Of a stretch of DNA of 64,000 nucleotides, positions 37,188 through 45,845 are shown piece after piece. A model generated the notes under the pieces. It was not told where the DNA came from and ran no database searches. It saw only the letters and a program-made list of their open reading frames with translations. Position 1 is the first letter of the stretch, and each line of letters opens with the position of its first letter. The DNA comes from an uncultured Verrucomicrobiota bacterium. Its GTDB lineage: Bacteria > Verrucomicrobiota > Kiritimatiellia > JAAZAB01. Position numbers and translations under genes: made by a program. The stretch spans positions 18,820 through 82,819 of the forward strand of contig CAYXEK010000004.1 of NCBI GenBank assembly GCA_964463985.1, read 5' to 3'.

Positions 37188-38444
37188 ATGCAAGCCGGAT
37201 TTGCGGAAATTGACATCACCCCCCCGCCGGGCACCCGCAAAATCGGGTGGCTGAAGGAAGTCATCGGCGAACGCGCCCTGGATCCATTGTACGCGCGCGC
37301 AGCGGTCTTTGACAACGGCGCCGCCAGGTTGGGATTCATCCAACTGGATCTGCTCAGCATCCGCGCGGCCCAGGTGGACCAGATTCGTCAACGCATCGCC
37401 GGCGAATGCGGATTCCCCGGCGCCAATGTCATGGTTTCGGCCACGCACAATCACGCCGGTCCGGCCGTGGCCAACCTTGGCGACGTGCCGCGGGATGAAG
37501 CTTACACCGCGGAATTGGTTAACCGCTGCGTGGCTGTGTTCGGGTCGGCGCTGCGCAACCTGGCGGATGCCGGAATTGGGTTCGGCCGCGGCATTGAAAC
37601 CGGCCTGTCATTCAACCGCCGGATGATCATGCGCGACGGCACGGTCAAAACCCAGGTCGCCATCTCCCCCGACGCCTTGTGCGTTGAGGGGCCGGCCGAC
37701 CCGGAAGTCGGCCTGCTGGCGGCCCGCGGCAAGGACGGCCGCCTGCTTGGCTGCATGGTGAATTTTGCCTGCCACCCTGTGCACCATGGCGGCGAAAATG
37801 TTTTTTCGGCCGGTTACCCCGGAGTGCTGGCCAAAGTCATGAAACAGCGCGGCTGCCCGGTGACCCTGTTCATGAACGGCGCCTGCGGCAATTTGATTAA
37901 CTGGGACTTCCTGAACCCGGGAGTCAATCATTCCATGCAGGCGCTGGGATTCCGGCTGGCCGACCGCGCGACCATCATGCTCGCCGAATTGAACTGGCGC
38001 GGCCGGGTGGCAATGCGCGCGGCATCTGCAACCCTGCAACTGCCTTTCCGCAATCCGACCGAGGCGGAAATCAAGGGGACGATCCGCGGCGCCCAACGGT
38101 TTATTGATCCTGAAATTTACGAACGCGGCATGCCGGCGCTTTGCGAGAAAATCCGCGTTCGCAAGACCAATCCGGCCGAAGTCCAGGTGTTGTTCATGGA
38201 CGAATACGCCTGGGTTGGCATTCCCGCCGAGTATTTCGTCGAACACGGCCTGCGCATCAAGGAAAAATCCCATCCAACCCGCGCCTGGATCGTGGGGCAT
38301 GCCAACGGCATGCTGGGATATGTGCCGACGCGCCAGGCGTTCGAACGCGGCGGATACGAAACCACTTTCGCCGGGTCAAGCCAGATGGCGCCGGAGACCG
38401 GCGACCTGCTGGCGGAGGCCGCGATCGGCCTGATCAAAGGATAA
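37188..38444 (+). CDS. neutral/alkaline ceramidase-fold metallo-hydrolase, paralog 1
   Basis: DPLYARA, SATHNHAGP, FNRR, NFACHP, GACGN, IPAEYF and GGYET. Confidence 0.75.
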   Translation: MQAGFAEIDITPPPGTRKIGWLKEVIGERALDPLYARAAVFDNGAARLGFIQLDLLSIRAAQVDQIRQRIAGECGFPGANVMVSATHNHAGPAVANLGDVPRDEAYTAELVNRCVAVFGSALRNLADAGIGFGRGIETGLSFNRRMIMRDGTVKTQVAISPDALCVEGPADPEVGLLAARGKDGRLLGCMVNFACHPVHHGGENVFSAGYPGVLAKVMKQRGCPVTLFMNGACGNLINWDFLNPGVNHSMQALGFRLADRATIMLAELNWRGRVAMRAASATLQLPFRNPTEAEIKGTIRGAQRFIDPEIYERGMPALCEKIRVRKTNPAEVQVLFMDEYAWVGIPAEYFVEHGLRIKEKSHPTRAWIVGHANGMLGYVPTRQAFERGGYETTFAGSSQMAPETGDLLAEAAIGLIKG

Positions 38445-38449
38445 ACCAA

Positions 38450-39967
38450 ATGGAAAAATCGAACTCATCTCTCAAAATCGGCTGGGGTTCGGCCGATATC
38501 ACGCCGGACAGGACGGTGATGGTCGCCGGCCAGTTCCACGCCCGGGTGTCCGAGGGCGTTATGGATCCGATCACCGCCACCGCGCTGGCGCTTGAGTCCG
38601 ACGGGGGCGGCCAGCGCGCCATTATGGTCAGTTGCGACCTGGTCGCCATTCCCGACAACCTTTTGGAAGCCGTCCGCGCGCAAATCAAGCAGTGTTTGCC
38701 GGAACTGGATCCTTTGACCGTCTTTCTGAACGCCACGCATACCCATGCCGCGCCCGAGGTCCGGGCGGACGGCATGTCCAAATTCGGCGGCGGCAATGTG
38801 CCCACGCGCGTGGGTGTGGAACTGGATGTGATGGATCCGGCGGAATATGTTGATTTTGCGGCAATGCGCATTGCGGAAGCCGCAGCGTCGGCCTGGCGGT
38901 CCCGCGCGCCCGGCGGAATCGGCTTCGGCCTGGGGCAGGCGGTGGTCGGCCGCAACCGCCGCATTTCTTATTATACCGGCGAAACCCGAATGTACGGCAA
39001 GACCAACGATCGGGAATTCAGCCATGTCGAAGGGTACGAAGATCATGCGGTGAACCTGCTGTGCGCCTATGATGCGGATAAAAAGCTTTCCGGCATGGTG
39101 GTCAACCTGGCCTGTCCGTCGCAGGTCAGCGAAAATTCCTACCAGCTCAGCGCGGATTACTGGCATGACGTCCGGCAGGAACTGCGCCGGAGGTTCGGCG
39201 GCAACCTGTTCATCCTGCCGCAAAACAGCGCGTCCGGCGACCAATCGCCGCACGTGCTGATCAACCAGGCCGCCGAAGCGCGCATGCTTCATTTGAAGGG
39301 CTTGACGGATCAACTGCCGGAAAAACCGGACGGCAACCTGGGCGCGCCCGGCGCCTTGCGCCGGGAAATCGCTTTGCGGATCGCCGACACCATCGGCGTA
39401 ATCGTGCCGGCGGTGAACCGGGATGTTGACATGGCCCCGGCATTCCGCCATCTGGCGCAAATCGTGGAGCTTCCGCGCCGCAACCTTACCCGGGCAGACG
39501 TGGACGAGGCGCTGGCGGAAGCGCAAAAAATGCGGGCGCGCTACGAGGAACTGCGCGCCGACCTGGCGGCGCATCCGGAAAAGAAGCAGGCGCCCCGCTG
39601 GTATGTCAGCATCACGTCCGCCTACCGACGCGTGAAGTGGTTCGAAGGTGTGGCCGAACGCTACGCCATGCAGCAGCAACAGCCCCGGCTGCCGATTGAG
39701 GCGCATGTGTTGCGCCTGGGCGGAGTCGCGCTGGCGACCAATCCTTTCGAATATTACCTGGATTTCGGCATGCAGATCAAGGCGCGCAGCGCGGCCACGC
39801 AGACGTTTCTGGTGCAGCATGTCGGCGCGGGGACCTACCTGCCGTCCGACCGCGCCGTGGCCGGCAAGAGCTACGGCGCCGTTCCCGCCAGCACCCCCGT
39901 GGGCCCGGAAGGCGGAAGGGAACTGGCGGACTGGACGATCAACACCATCAATAAACTGTGGGCATAA
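38450..39967 (+). CDS. ceramidase-fold hydrolase, paralog 2
   Basis: DPITATALA, NATHTHAAP, GRNRR, NLACPSQ, SADYW, SGDQSP, NPFEYY and YLPS. True start is ATG 38450. Confidence 0.72.
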   Translation: MEKSNSSLKIGWGSADITPDRTVMVAGQFHARVSEGVMDPITATALALESDGGGQRAIMVSCDLVAIPDNLLEAVRAQIKQCLPELDPLTVFLNATHTHAAPEVRADGMSKFGGGNVPTRVGVELDVMDPAEYVDFAAMRIAEAAASAWRSRAPGGIGFGLGQAVVGRNRRISYYTGETRMYGKTNDREFSHVEGYEDHAVNLLCAYDADKKLSGMVVNLACPSQVSENSYQLSADYWHDVRQELRRRFGGNLFILPQNSASGDQSPHVLINQAAEARMLHLKGLTDQLPEKPDGNLGAPGALRREIALRIADTIGVIVPAVNRDVDMAPAFRHLAQIVELPRRNLTRADVDEALAEAQKMRARYEELRADLAAHPEKKQAPRWYVSITSAYRRVKWFEGVAERYAMQQQQPRLPIEAHVLRLGGVALATNPFEYYLDFGMQIKARSAATQTFLVQHVGAGTYLPSDRAVAGKSYGAVPASTPVGPEGGRELADWTINTINKLWA

Positions 39968-40032
39968 CTACCGGCCGCGGATGCTCCCGCGCGGCCCTGC
40001 CCGGCCGTTTGGAGACGGCCACGAATCAAGCC

Positions 40033-40860
40033 ATGACAACAGAATCTTCCGCCAAAGCAAGCTTGCCCCTGGCCATTCAGCTTTACAGCGTGCGTTCCCT
40101 GATGCAGGAAAAATTCCGGGAAACCCTGCTGGCGCTGGCGGACATCGGCTTTGACAGCATCGAATGGTCGGGGGCTTACGGCGGCATGACCCCGTCGCAA
40201 TTGGCGGAGTTCCTACGTCAAGCGGGATTGCGTGTTTCCGGCATGTTTGCCAACGCGCCCGGACTGCTTGACGCCGGCAGCCCCGTTTACGCTTTCGCCC
40301 GCGTGTTAAAACCTGAATACCTGGCGGTCAGCCTGAATTTTGCGCCGGATAATTTCAAGGAAGTGCTGGGAAAACTGCGATCCATAAAGAAGACTGCGGC
40401 CGGACAGGGATTTGACCTGACTTACCACAACCATGCCAATGAGTTTCAGAAACTCCCGGACGGGCGGATGATCCTGGAGGCCCTCCTGGAGGAAACCGCC
40501 GGCGACGGCCAGCAATTTCTGTTCGACACATTTTTCGCATATTACGCCGGGTGCGATCCGTGCGCGCATCTCAGAAAATATACCGGACGCATCCCGCAGA
40601 TTCATTTCAACGACATGGACCCGGCCGGGCATTCCAGCCCGCCGCCGGCCGGCAACAGCCAGGAATTTTCCACCGAACTTGGCGCCGGCATCATGGATTT
40701 GCCGGCAATCTACCGGACCGCCGCCGGCGCCGGCGTCCGCTGGTTGGTCCTCGAACAACACAGCCAACGGGACAATCCGCTGGACAGCGCCCGCCGGAAT
40801 TTTGCGTATTGCCGGAAGATGATGCTCAATGCGGAAGACGAGATGCTGGCCGGGAACTGA
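40033..40860 (+). CDS. sugar phosphate isomerase/epimerase TIM barrel
   Basis: AIQLYSVR, YHNHANEF, FDTFF, IHFNDM, ELGAG..DL and VLEQ. Confidence 0.85.
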   Translation: MTTESSAKASLPLAIQLYSVRSLMQEKFRETLLALADIGFDSIEWSGAYGGMTPSQLAEFLRQAGLRVSGMFANAPGLLDAGSPVYAFARVLKPEYLAVSLNFAPDNFKEVLGKLRSIKKTAAGQGFDLTYHNHANEFQKLPDGRMILEALLEETAGDGQQFLFDTFFAYYAGCDPCAHLRKYTGRIPQIHFNDMDPAGHSSPPPAGNSQEFSTELGAGIMDLPAIYRTAAGAGVRWLVLEQHSQRDNPLDSARRNFAYCRKMMLNAEDEMLAGN

Positions 40861-40897
40861 TCCCTGCGCCGCATCAAATAATTAAGGAAACCACACC

Positions 40898-41734
40898 ATG
40901 AAACTATCCGTCATGTCCTACACCCTCGGCCGCACCGGCTGGTTTAAAGACAACAAACCCGAAGACCTGAAAAGAATCTGCAGCCTGGCGGCCGAGATTG
41001 GCACGGACGGCATTGACTGGGTGACTACCCACGGCATGGACCCCAAGGAAATCCGGCAAGCCATGAATGACCATGGCTTGAAGACCGTCTGCTATACCTT
41101 CGGCGCCGCCGGCTTGAACCGCGATGCGTTCGCCGAACGCTGCGCCGGCGTGGATACCGCGCGCGTCACGATAGAAACCGCCGTCACGCTGGGCGCCGAC
41201 AAGGTCATGCTGGTTACACCCGGCAACCCCAAAATCCCCCGCGACATCAGCCGCCGCAATTACATCCGCGGTCTGCAGGAATGCGCCGGCTTCGCCCGCC
41301 AGGCCGGCGTGACCATGACCATTGAGAATTTCCCGGGCAGCGACAGTCCCTTCGTCATCTCCAGCGATATCCTCGAAGCCGTCCGGGAAGTGCCAGGCTT
41401 GAAACTTACCTACGACAACGGCAACACCGCGCTGGGCGGGGAAGACCCGGCCGTATCGTTTACCCGCTGCGCCGCCCATGCCGCGCATGCGCATTTCAAG
41501 GATTGGGACCGGATGCCCCCGGAACAGGGCCGCGAAGCACTGGACGGCCGCCGCTACATGCCGGCGCTGATCGGGGAAGGCATGATTGATCACCAGAGTT
41601 GCCTGGCCGCCATGCAAGCCGCCGGCTACCAGGGCTACATCAACATCGAGTATGAAAACAACAAGTACCCGGCCGATGAAGCCACCCGCCGCGCCGCGAA
41701 ATACCTGCAGAACCTCATGCGGCCAACGGGCTGA
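40898..41734 (+). CDS. sugar phosphate isomerase/epimerase TIM barrel
   Basis: MTIENF, YDNGN, HAHFKD, GEGMIDH and Y.GYINIEYE. Confidence 0.85.
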   Translation: MKLSVMSYTLGRTGWFKDNKPEDLKRICSLAAEIGTDGIDWVTTHGMDPKEIRQAMNDHGLKTVCYTFGAAGLNRDAFAERCAGVDTARVTIETAVTLGADKVMLVTPGNPKIPRDISRRNYIRGLQECAGFARQAGVTMTIENFPGSDSPFVISSDILEAVREVPGLKLTYDNGNTALGGEDPAVSFTRCAAHAAHAHFKDWDRMPPEQGREALDGRRYMPALIGEGMIDHQSCLAAMQAAGYQGYINIEYENNKYPADEATRRAAKYLQNLMRPTG

Positions 41735-41845
41735 CCAGGCGGACGGCCGCACCGCCGGCGGGGAATGCAAAGCTGGCAATGACCGGCGGAGTATGCTAAT
41801 TTCCGGATTGCAGACGAGTTGGTTGCAAATATTACAGGAGCCACC

Positions 41846-43321
41846 ATGAGCGCGCAAATTCCTTCCATCCTGAAAATCGGTTGGGCGGCGGCCGACATCA
41901 CTCCCAGCCGGCCCGTGAACCTTCAGGGCCAGTTTCACATGCGGATTTCTCAAGGCGTCAAGGATCCCCTCACGGCCACCGCGCTGGCATTGGAAGGCGG
42001 CGGCGGCGCCGTGGTTTTCCTTTCGGTGGATGGAGGATTTTTCCCGGCCCCCGTGGTTGACGGCATCCGCGCCGCCGTCAAAGGGCAGATTCCAACGCTT
42101 GACCCCATGTCCATCATCATCAATGCCACCCATACGCATACGGCGCCGATGCTGGAGGACGGCATGTATCCGCCCGTGCCGGCCGGCGTCATGACCGGCA
42201 AGGCTTACGCCAATTTCCTGGTCGAGCGCGTGGCGCAAGCGATCGTCAAAGCCTGGCGCGACCGCGCGCCGGGCAAGGCAGCCTGGGCGCTCGGGCATGC
42301 GGTTGTCGGACGGAATCGCCGGGCGGTTTATTTCGACGACCTGTCCCAGCGTCCCGGATACAAAGATCACCCCGGCCATTGCACCACCCGCAACGCCGCC
42401 ATGTATGGCCGGACGGACGATCCGATGTTCAGCCATATCGAGGGCTACGAAGATCATTCCGTGGACTTGCTTTACGCCTGGGATGAACGGGACCAACTCA
42501 CCGGCATTGTCGTCAACCTCGCCTGCCCGTCCCAGGAAACCGAAGGACTATCCGTCATTTCCGCCGATTTCTGGCATGACGTCCGCGTCGCCCTCCGCCG
42601 GCAGCTGGGGGAAAAATTATTCTTCCTCCCGCAAAGCTCCGCCGCCGGCGACCAGTCGCCGCATCCATTGTGGTACAAAACCGCGGAAAAGCGCATGCTG
42701 GAACTGCGCGGCATTGACAGCCGCGCCGAAATCGCCCGGCGCATCAGTCAAACCGTGGCGGAAGTCCTGCCGCTGGCCCGCCAGGACCGGCATGGCAGCG
42801 TGATCCTGCAACATTCCAGCCGGCTGGCGCAACTGCCGCGGCGGATGATTACCGATGCCGAAGCCGCCATGTTGCGCGCCGGCATCGCCGAACTGGAAAA
42901 ACGGCCGGCCTCCGCCGATCCGGATCCCGACAAGCGGCTGCGGGCCGATTCGGTGCGGGTCACCGAGATGGCCCGTTGCAAACTGGCGCTGCGCCGATAC
43001 GAAACGCAGAAAAAAAACCCTGCTTTCTCCGCCCGGATTAATACCGTCCGACTGGGCGATATCGCCTTTGCCTGCATACCCTTCGAATTGTTCCTGGATT
43101 ATGGCATCAGGATCAAGGCGCGCAGCCCGGCCATCCAGACCTTCATCGTGCAGTTGGCCGATGCCTGCCCGGGATGGGACGGCAATTACCTGCCGACCGC
43201 CCGCGCCGAACAGGGACAAAGCTACAGCGCCAACTGCTACTGTAACAGCGTGGGATCCCAGGGCGGCCAGGCGTTGGTGGAAACGATCCTGCAGGACTTG
43301 CACCAGGCCTGGGCCAAGTAA
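41846..43321 (+). CDS. ceramidase-fold hydrolase, paralog 3
   Basis: DPLTATALA, NATHTHTAP, GRNRR, NLACPSQ, SADFW, AGDQSP, IPFELF and YLPT; AGGAG RBS. Confidence 0.72.
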   Translation: MSAQIPSILKIGWAAADITPSRPVNLQGQFHMRISQGVKDPLTATALALEGGGGAVVFLSVDGGFFPAPVVDGIRAAVKGQIPTLDPMSIIINATHTHTAPMLEDGMYPPVPAGVMTGKAYANFLVERVAQAIVKAWRDRAPGKAAWALGHAVVGRNRRAVYFDDLSQRPGYKDHPGHCTTRNAAMYGRTDDPMFSHIEGYEDHSVDLLYAWDERDQLTGIVVNLACPSQETEGLSVISADFWHDVRVALRRQLGEKLFFLPQSSAAGDQSPHPLWYKTAEKRMLELRGIDSRAEIARRISQTVAEVLPLARQDRHGSVILQHSSRLAQLPRRMITDAEAAMLRAGIAELEKRPASADPDPDKRLRADSVRVTEMARCKLALRRYETQKKNPAFSARINTVRLGDIAFACIPFELFLDYGIRIKARSPAIQTFIVQLADACPGWDGNYLPTARAEQGQSYSANCYCNSVGSQGGQALVETILQDLHQAWAK

Positions 43322-43363
43322 AATGTGCTTGACTCACGCCACAGCATGCTTAAATATTCAAGC

Positions 43364-44785
43364 ATGCAAATGCAAAATTTTTGCGAGCATTATTTCCGCC
43401 TGTCCGAGAACCGCACCTCCATCCGCACGGAACTGACGGCGGGGCTCACCACTTTCCTGACGATGGCGTACATTATTTTCGTCCAGCCATCGGTGTTGTC
43501 GGGCGCCATGTCCGGGCAAAGCACGGGGATGGATTTCGGCGCCCTGACCACCGCCACCTGCATGACGGCCGCGCTGGCCACGGCCATCATGGGCCTTTAT
43601 GCCCGTTACCCCATCGCCCTGGCGCCGGGCATGGGCGAAAATTTCTTTTTCGTATTCACCGCGATTCCCGCGGCGGCCGCCGCCGGCAGCGCCATCCCCT
43701 GGCAGACGGCGCTGGGAGCGGTGTTCATTTCCGGAATTGTTTTCATGGCAATTTCCCTGGCCGGCGCCCGGGAATTGCTGTTGAATGCCGTGAGTCCCAG
43801 CCTGAAAAACGGCATTGCGGTGGGCATCGGATTTTTTATCGCCTTCATTGGACTGCGAAATGCCGGCTTGATTATCCCGGATGCCGGCACGATGGTCAAA
43901 CTCAACCCGAATTTTGCCTCCCTGGATTTGCTGGTGTTTTTTGCCGGTTTCATCACCACCAGCGTCCTTTTCGCGCGCGGGGTTAAAGGCGCCATCCTCT
44001 GGGGCATCGCCGCCGCCGCCGCGCTGGCGCTGGGATTGCACTGCCTGGCGCCGCACCTGCCCGAAAGCCTGGTCCAGATGCCGGCCTTCCGGGACTCGCT
44101 GCTGCTGCAGCGTTTTCAACCCGCGCGCCGGCTGTTTTCGATTCCGCCGTCCATCGCGCCGATTTTCCTGAAACTTGACCTGCGCGGCGCCCTTTCATCC
44201 GCCATGCTGCCAATGATCGTCATTTTCCTGTTCATGGATGTTTTCGACACCATGGGCACACTCATCGGCGTCAGCGGGCGGGCGGGCTTGATCCGGGACA
44301 ACCGGCTCCCGCGCGCCGACCGGGCCTTCATGGCGGATGCGATCGGCACCGTAGCCGGCGCCACTTGCGGCATGAGCACGGTCACCAGTTTTGTGGAAAG
44401 CGCCGCGGGCGTGGAGCATGGCGGACGCACCGGCTTGACCAGCCTGGCGGCGGCCGGCTTGTTCCTGCTGGCGCCGTTTTTTGCGCCGGTTATCGCCATG
44501 ATCGGCAGTTTCCCTCCAATCACCGCGCCGGCGCTGGTGATCGTAGGCTTCATGATGATGCAGAATATCCGTCAGATCGCCTGGGAAGATTACAGCGAAT
44601 CCGTGCCCGCCGGCCTGATCATGATCGGGGTTCCGCTCTGCTATTCCATCGCCGACGGTCTGGCGCTGGGATTTATCGCCTACCCCGCCATCAAGCTGCT
44701 GAGCGGACGGCGGCGGGAATCTTCCTGGGTGCTCTACGCCGTCGGCCTGGTTTTGCTGGTTTACTTCATCACGATCCGCCGTTGA
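43364..44785 (+). CDS. AzgA/PbuG-like purine permease (NCS2 COG2252 clade)
   Basis: TE..AGLTTFLTMAYI, APGMG.N.FF, FMDVFDTMGT, SFVESAAGV..GGRTGLT and SIADG..LGFI. Confidence 0.92.
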   Translation: MQMQNFCEHYFRLSENRTSIRTELTAGLTTFLTMAYIIFVQPSVLSGAMSGQSTGMDFGALTTATCMTAALATAIMGLYARYPIALAPGMGENFFFVFTAIPAAAAAGSAIPWQTALGAVFISGIVFMAISLAGARELLLNAVSPSLKNGIAVGIGFFIAFIGLRNAGLIIPDAGTMVKLNPNFASLDLLVFFAGFITTSVLFARGVKGAILWGIAAAAALALGLHCLAPHLPESLVQMPAFRDSLLLQRFQPARRLFSIPPSIAPIFLKLDLRGALSSAMLPMIVIFLFMDVFDTMGTLIGVSGRAGLIRDNRLPRADRAFMADAIGTVAGATCGMSTVTSFVESAAGVEHGGRTGLTSLAAAGLFLLAPFFAPVIAMIGSFPPITAPALVIVGFMMMQNIRQIAWEDYSESVPAGLIMIGVPLCYSIADGLALGFIAYPAIKLLSGRRRESSWVLYAVGLVLLVYFITIRR

Positions 44786-44850
44786 CCGGCGCCGGCCGGC
44801 CTTCCGGATACGCATCACGGGGATCGCCTGCGGAATATCTCGAAAATCGC

Positions 44851-45711
44851 TCAGGGCCGTTTCTGCTTCAGCCCGGCCGGCGGCGCGGCCGGCAGCAGCG
44901 GCGGCGGCGGTTCCACCAATTCCACCCGCCCGCCTTCGCCGCGCTGCAAACGCACTTCGCCATGCGGAACGGCGGCGGCCGTTTCCCGGAACAAAGGCAC
45001 GCCGTAAGGGGTGAAACTGGCGTGGACTAAAACCATGTTTTTCGATTGAAACAGCACGTGAATGTTCGTGGCCTCGTCCAGCACCAGCTCCGGCGTCCGG
45101 GTGCGAACCAGCGCCCCCAGGTCGAAGACGCCGTAAACCGTTTTGGTTTTTTCGTCCTCGATGCGCAGGTACAAATTCTCCCCCTGGGCTGTCTGGAGGT
45201 ATTCGAGCGCATACGACCGCAAGGCGTCAACATCGCCCGCCACGCCCGCCCTCAGCCGCGCCAATTCAAACCCCCGCACCACCGCCAGGGTAGCATCGGC
45301 CGAAGCGGATTGCATCCGTCCCAGGTCCACCACGGCGCGGATTTTGTACGAACCGCAGGCATGCAAGGCAAACAGGCTCATCAAGTCAATTTCAAAACTC
45401 CTCGTTTCGCCGGACATGATTTCGACGCCTTCCGCCAGCGGCCGCGGAGACAAGGGCGGCAGAATGCGCCCATCGGCGCGTTCGACCTCCATGCGCAAAT
45501 CCGCCCCCAGGCGCCCGCCATCCAGCAGCAGCACCTGGCCGCTGTTGTTGAGCACCGTGACCTGGGCGCGCAGCGGGGCATGCAGGAGGGTTTGCATCGC
45601 GGGCAAGCGGCACCGCACTTCCACCTGCCCCGCAGACGGCCACGCCGCCATAAGACCCGCAGCCAACATCCAGATTATCGCGCGCCTGATCACACATCCT
45701 CCTGCATTCAA
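44851..45711 (-). CDS. exported hypothetical protein
   Basis: 286-aa ORF with signal-peptide-like N-terminus and a beta-rich body; no family recognised. Confidence 0.6.
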   Translation of the reverse strand: MNAGGCVIRRAIIWMLAAGLMAAWPSAGQVEVRCRLPAMQTLLHAPLRAQVTVLNNSGQVLLLDGGRLGADLRMEVERADGRILPPLSPRPLAEGVEIMSGETRSFEIDLMSLFALHACGSYKIRAVVDLGRMQSASADATLAVVRGFELARLRAGVAGDVDALRSYALEYLQTAQGENLYLRIEDEKTKTVYGVFDLGALVRTRTPELVLDEATNIHVLFQSKNMVLVHASFTPYGVPLFRETAAAVPHGEVRLQRGEGGRVELVEPPPPLLPAAPPAGLKQKRP

Positions 45712-45845
45712 AGCTTTACATACACCGGGCCACTTGGTAATTTATGTAGCATATTTTGTTGAAAAAGGCAAAGATATATCCCGCTATTTCAGCCGGCGCG
45801 CATAGCGCCCGGAGATTGACTGTCCGGCGGAACAGGCTGAACTAT

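Noticed and set aside
38141-38449. 103-aa N-terminal extension of ceramidase-like paralog 2
   Set aside because: It overlaps paralog 1 in another frame. Homology with paralog 3 begins at ATG 38450.
38465-42496. Long minus-strand ORFs (38465-39820, 40904-42496)
   Set aside because: Antisense to well-supported plus-strand genes; no independent motifs.
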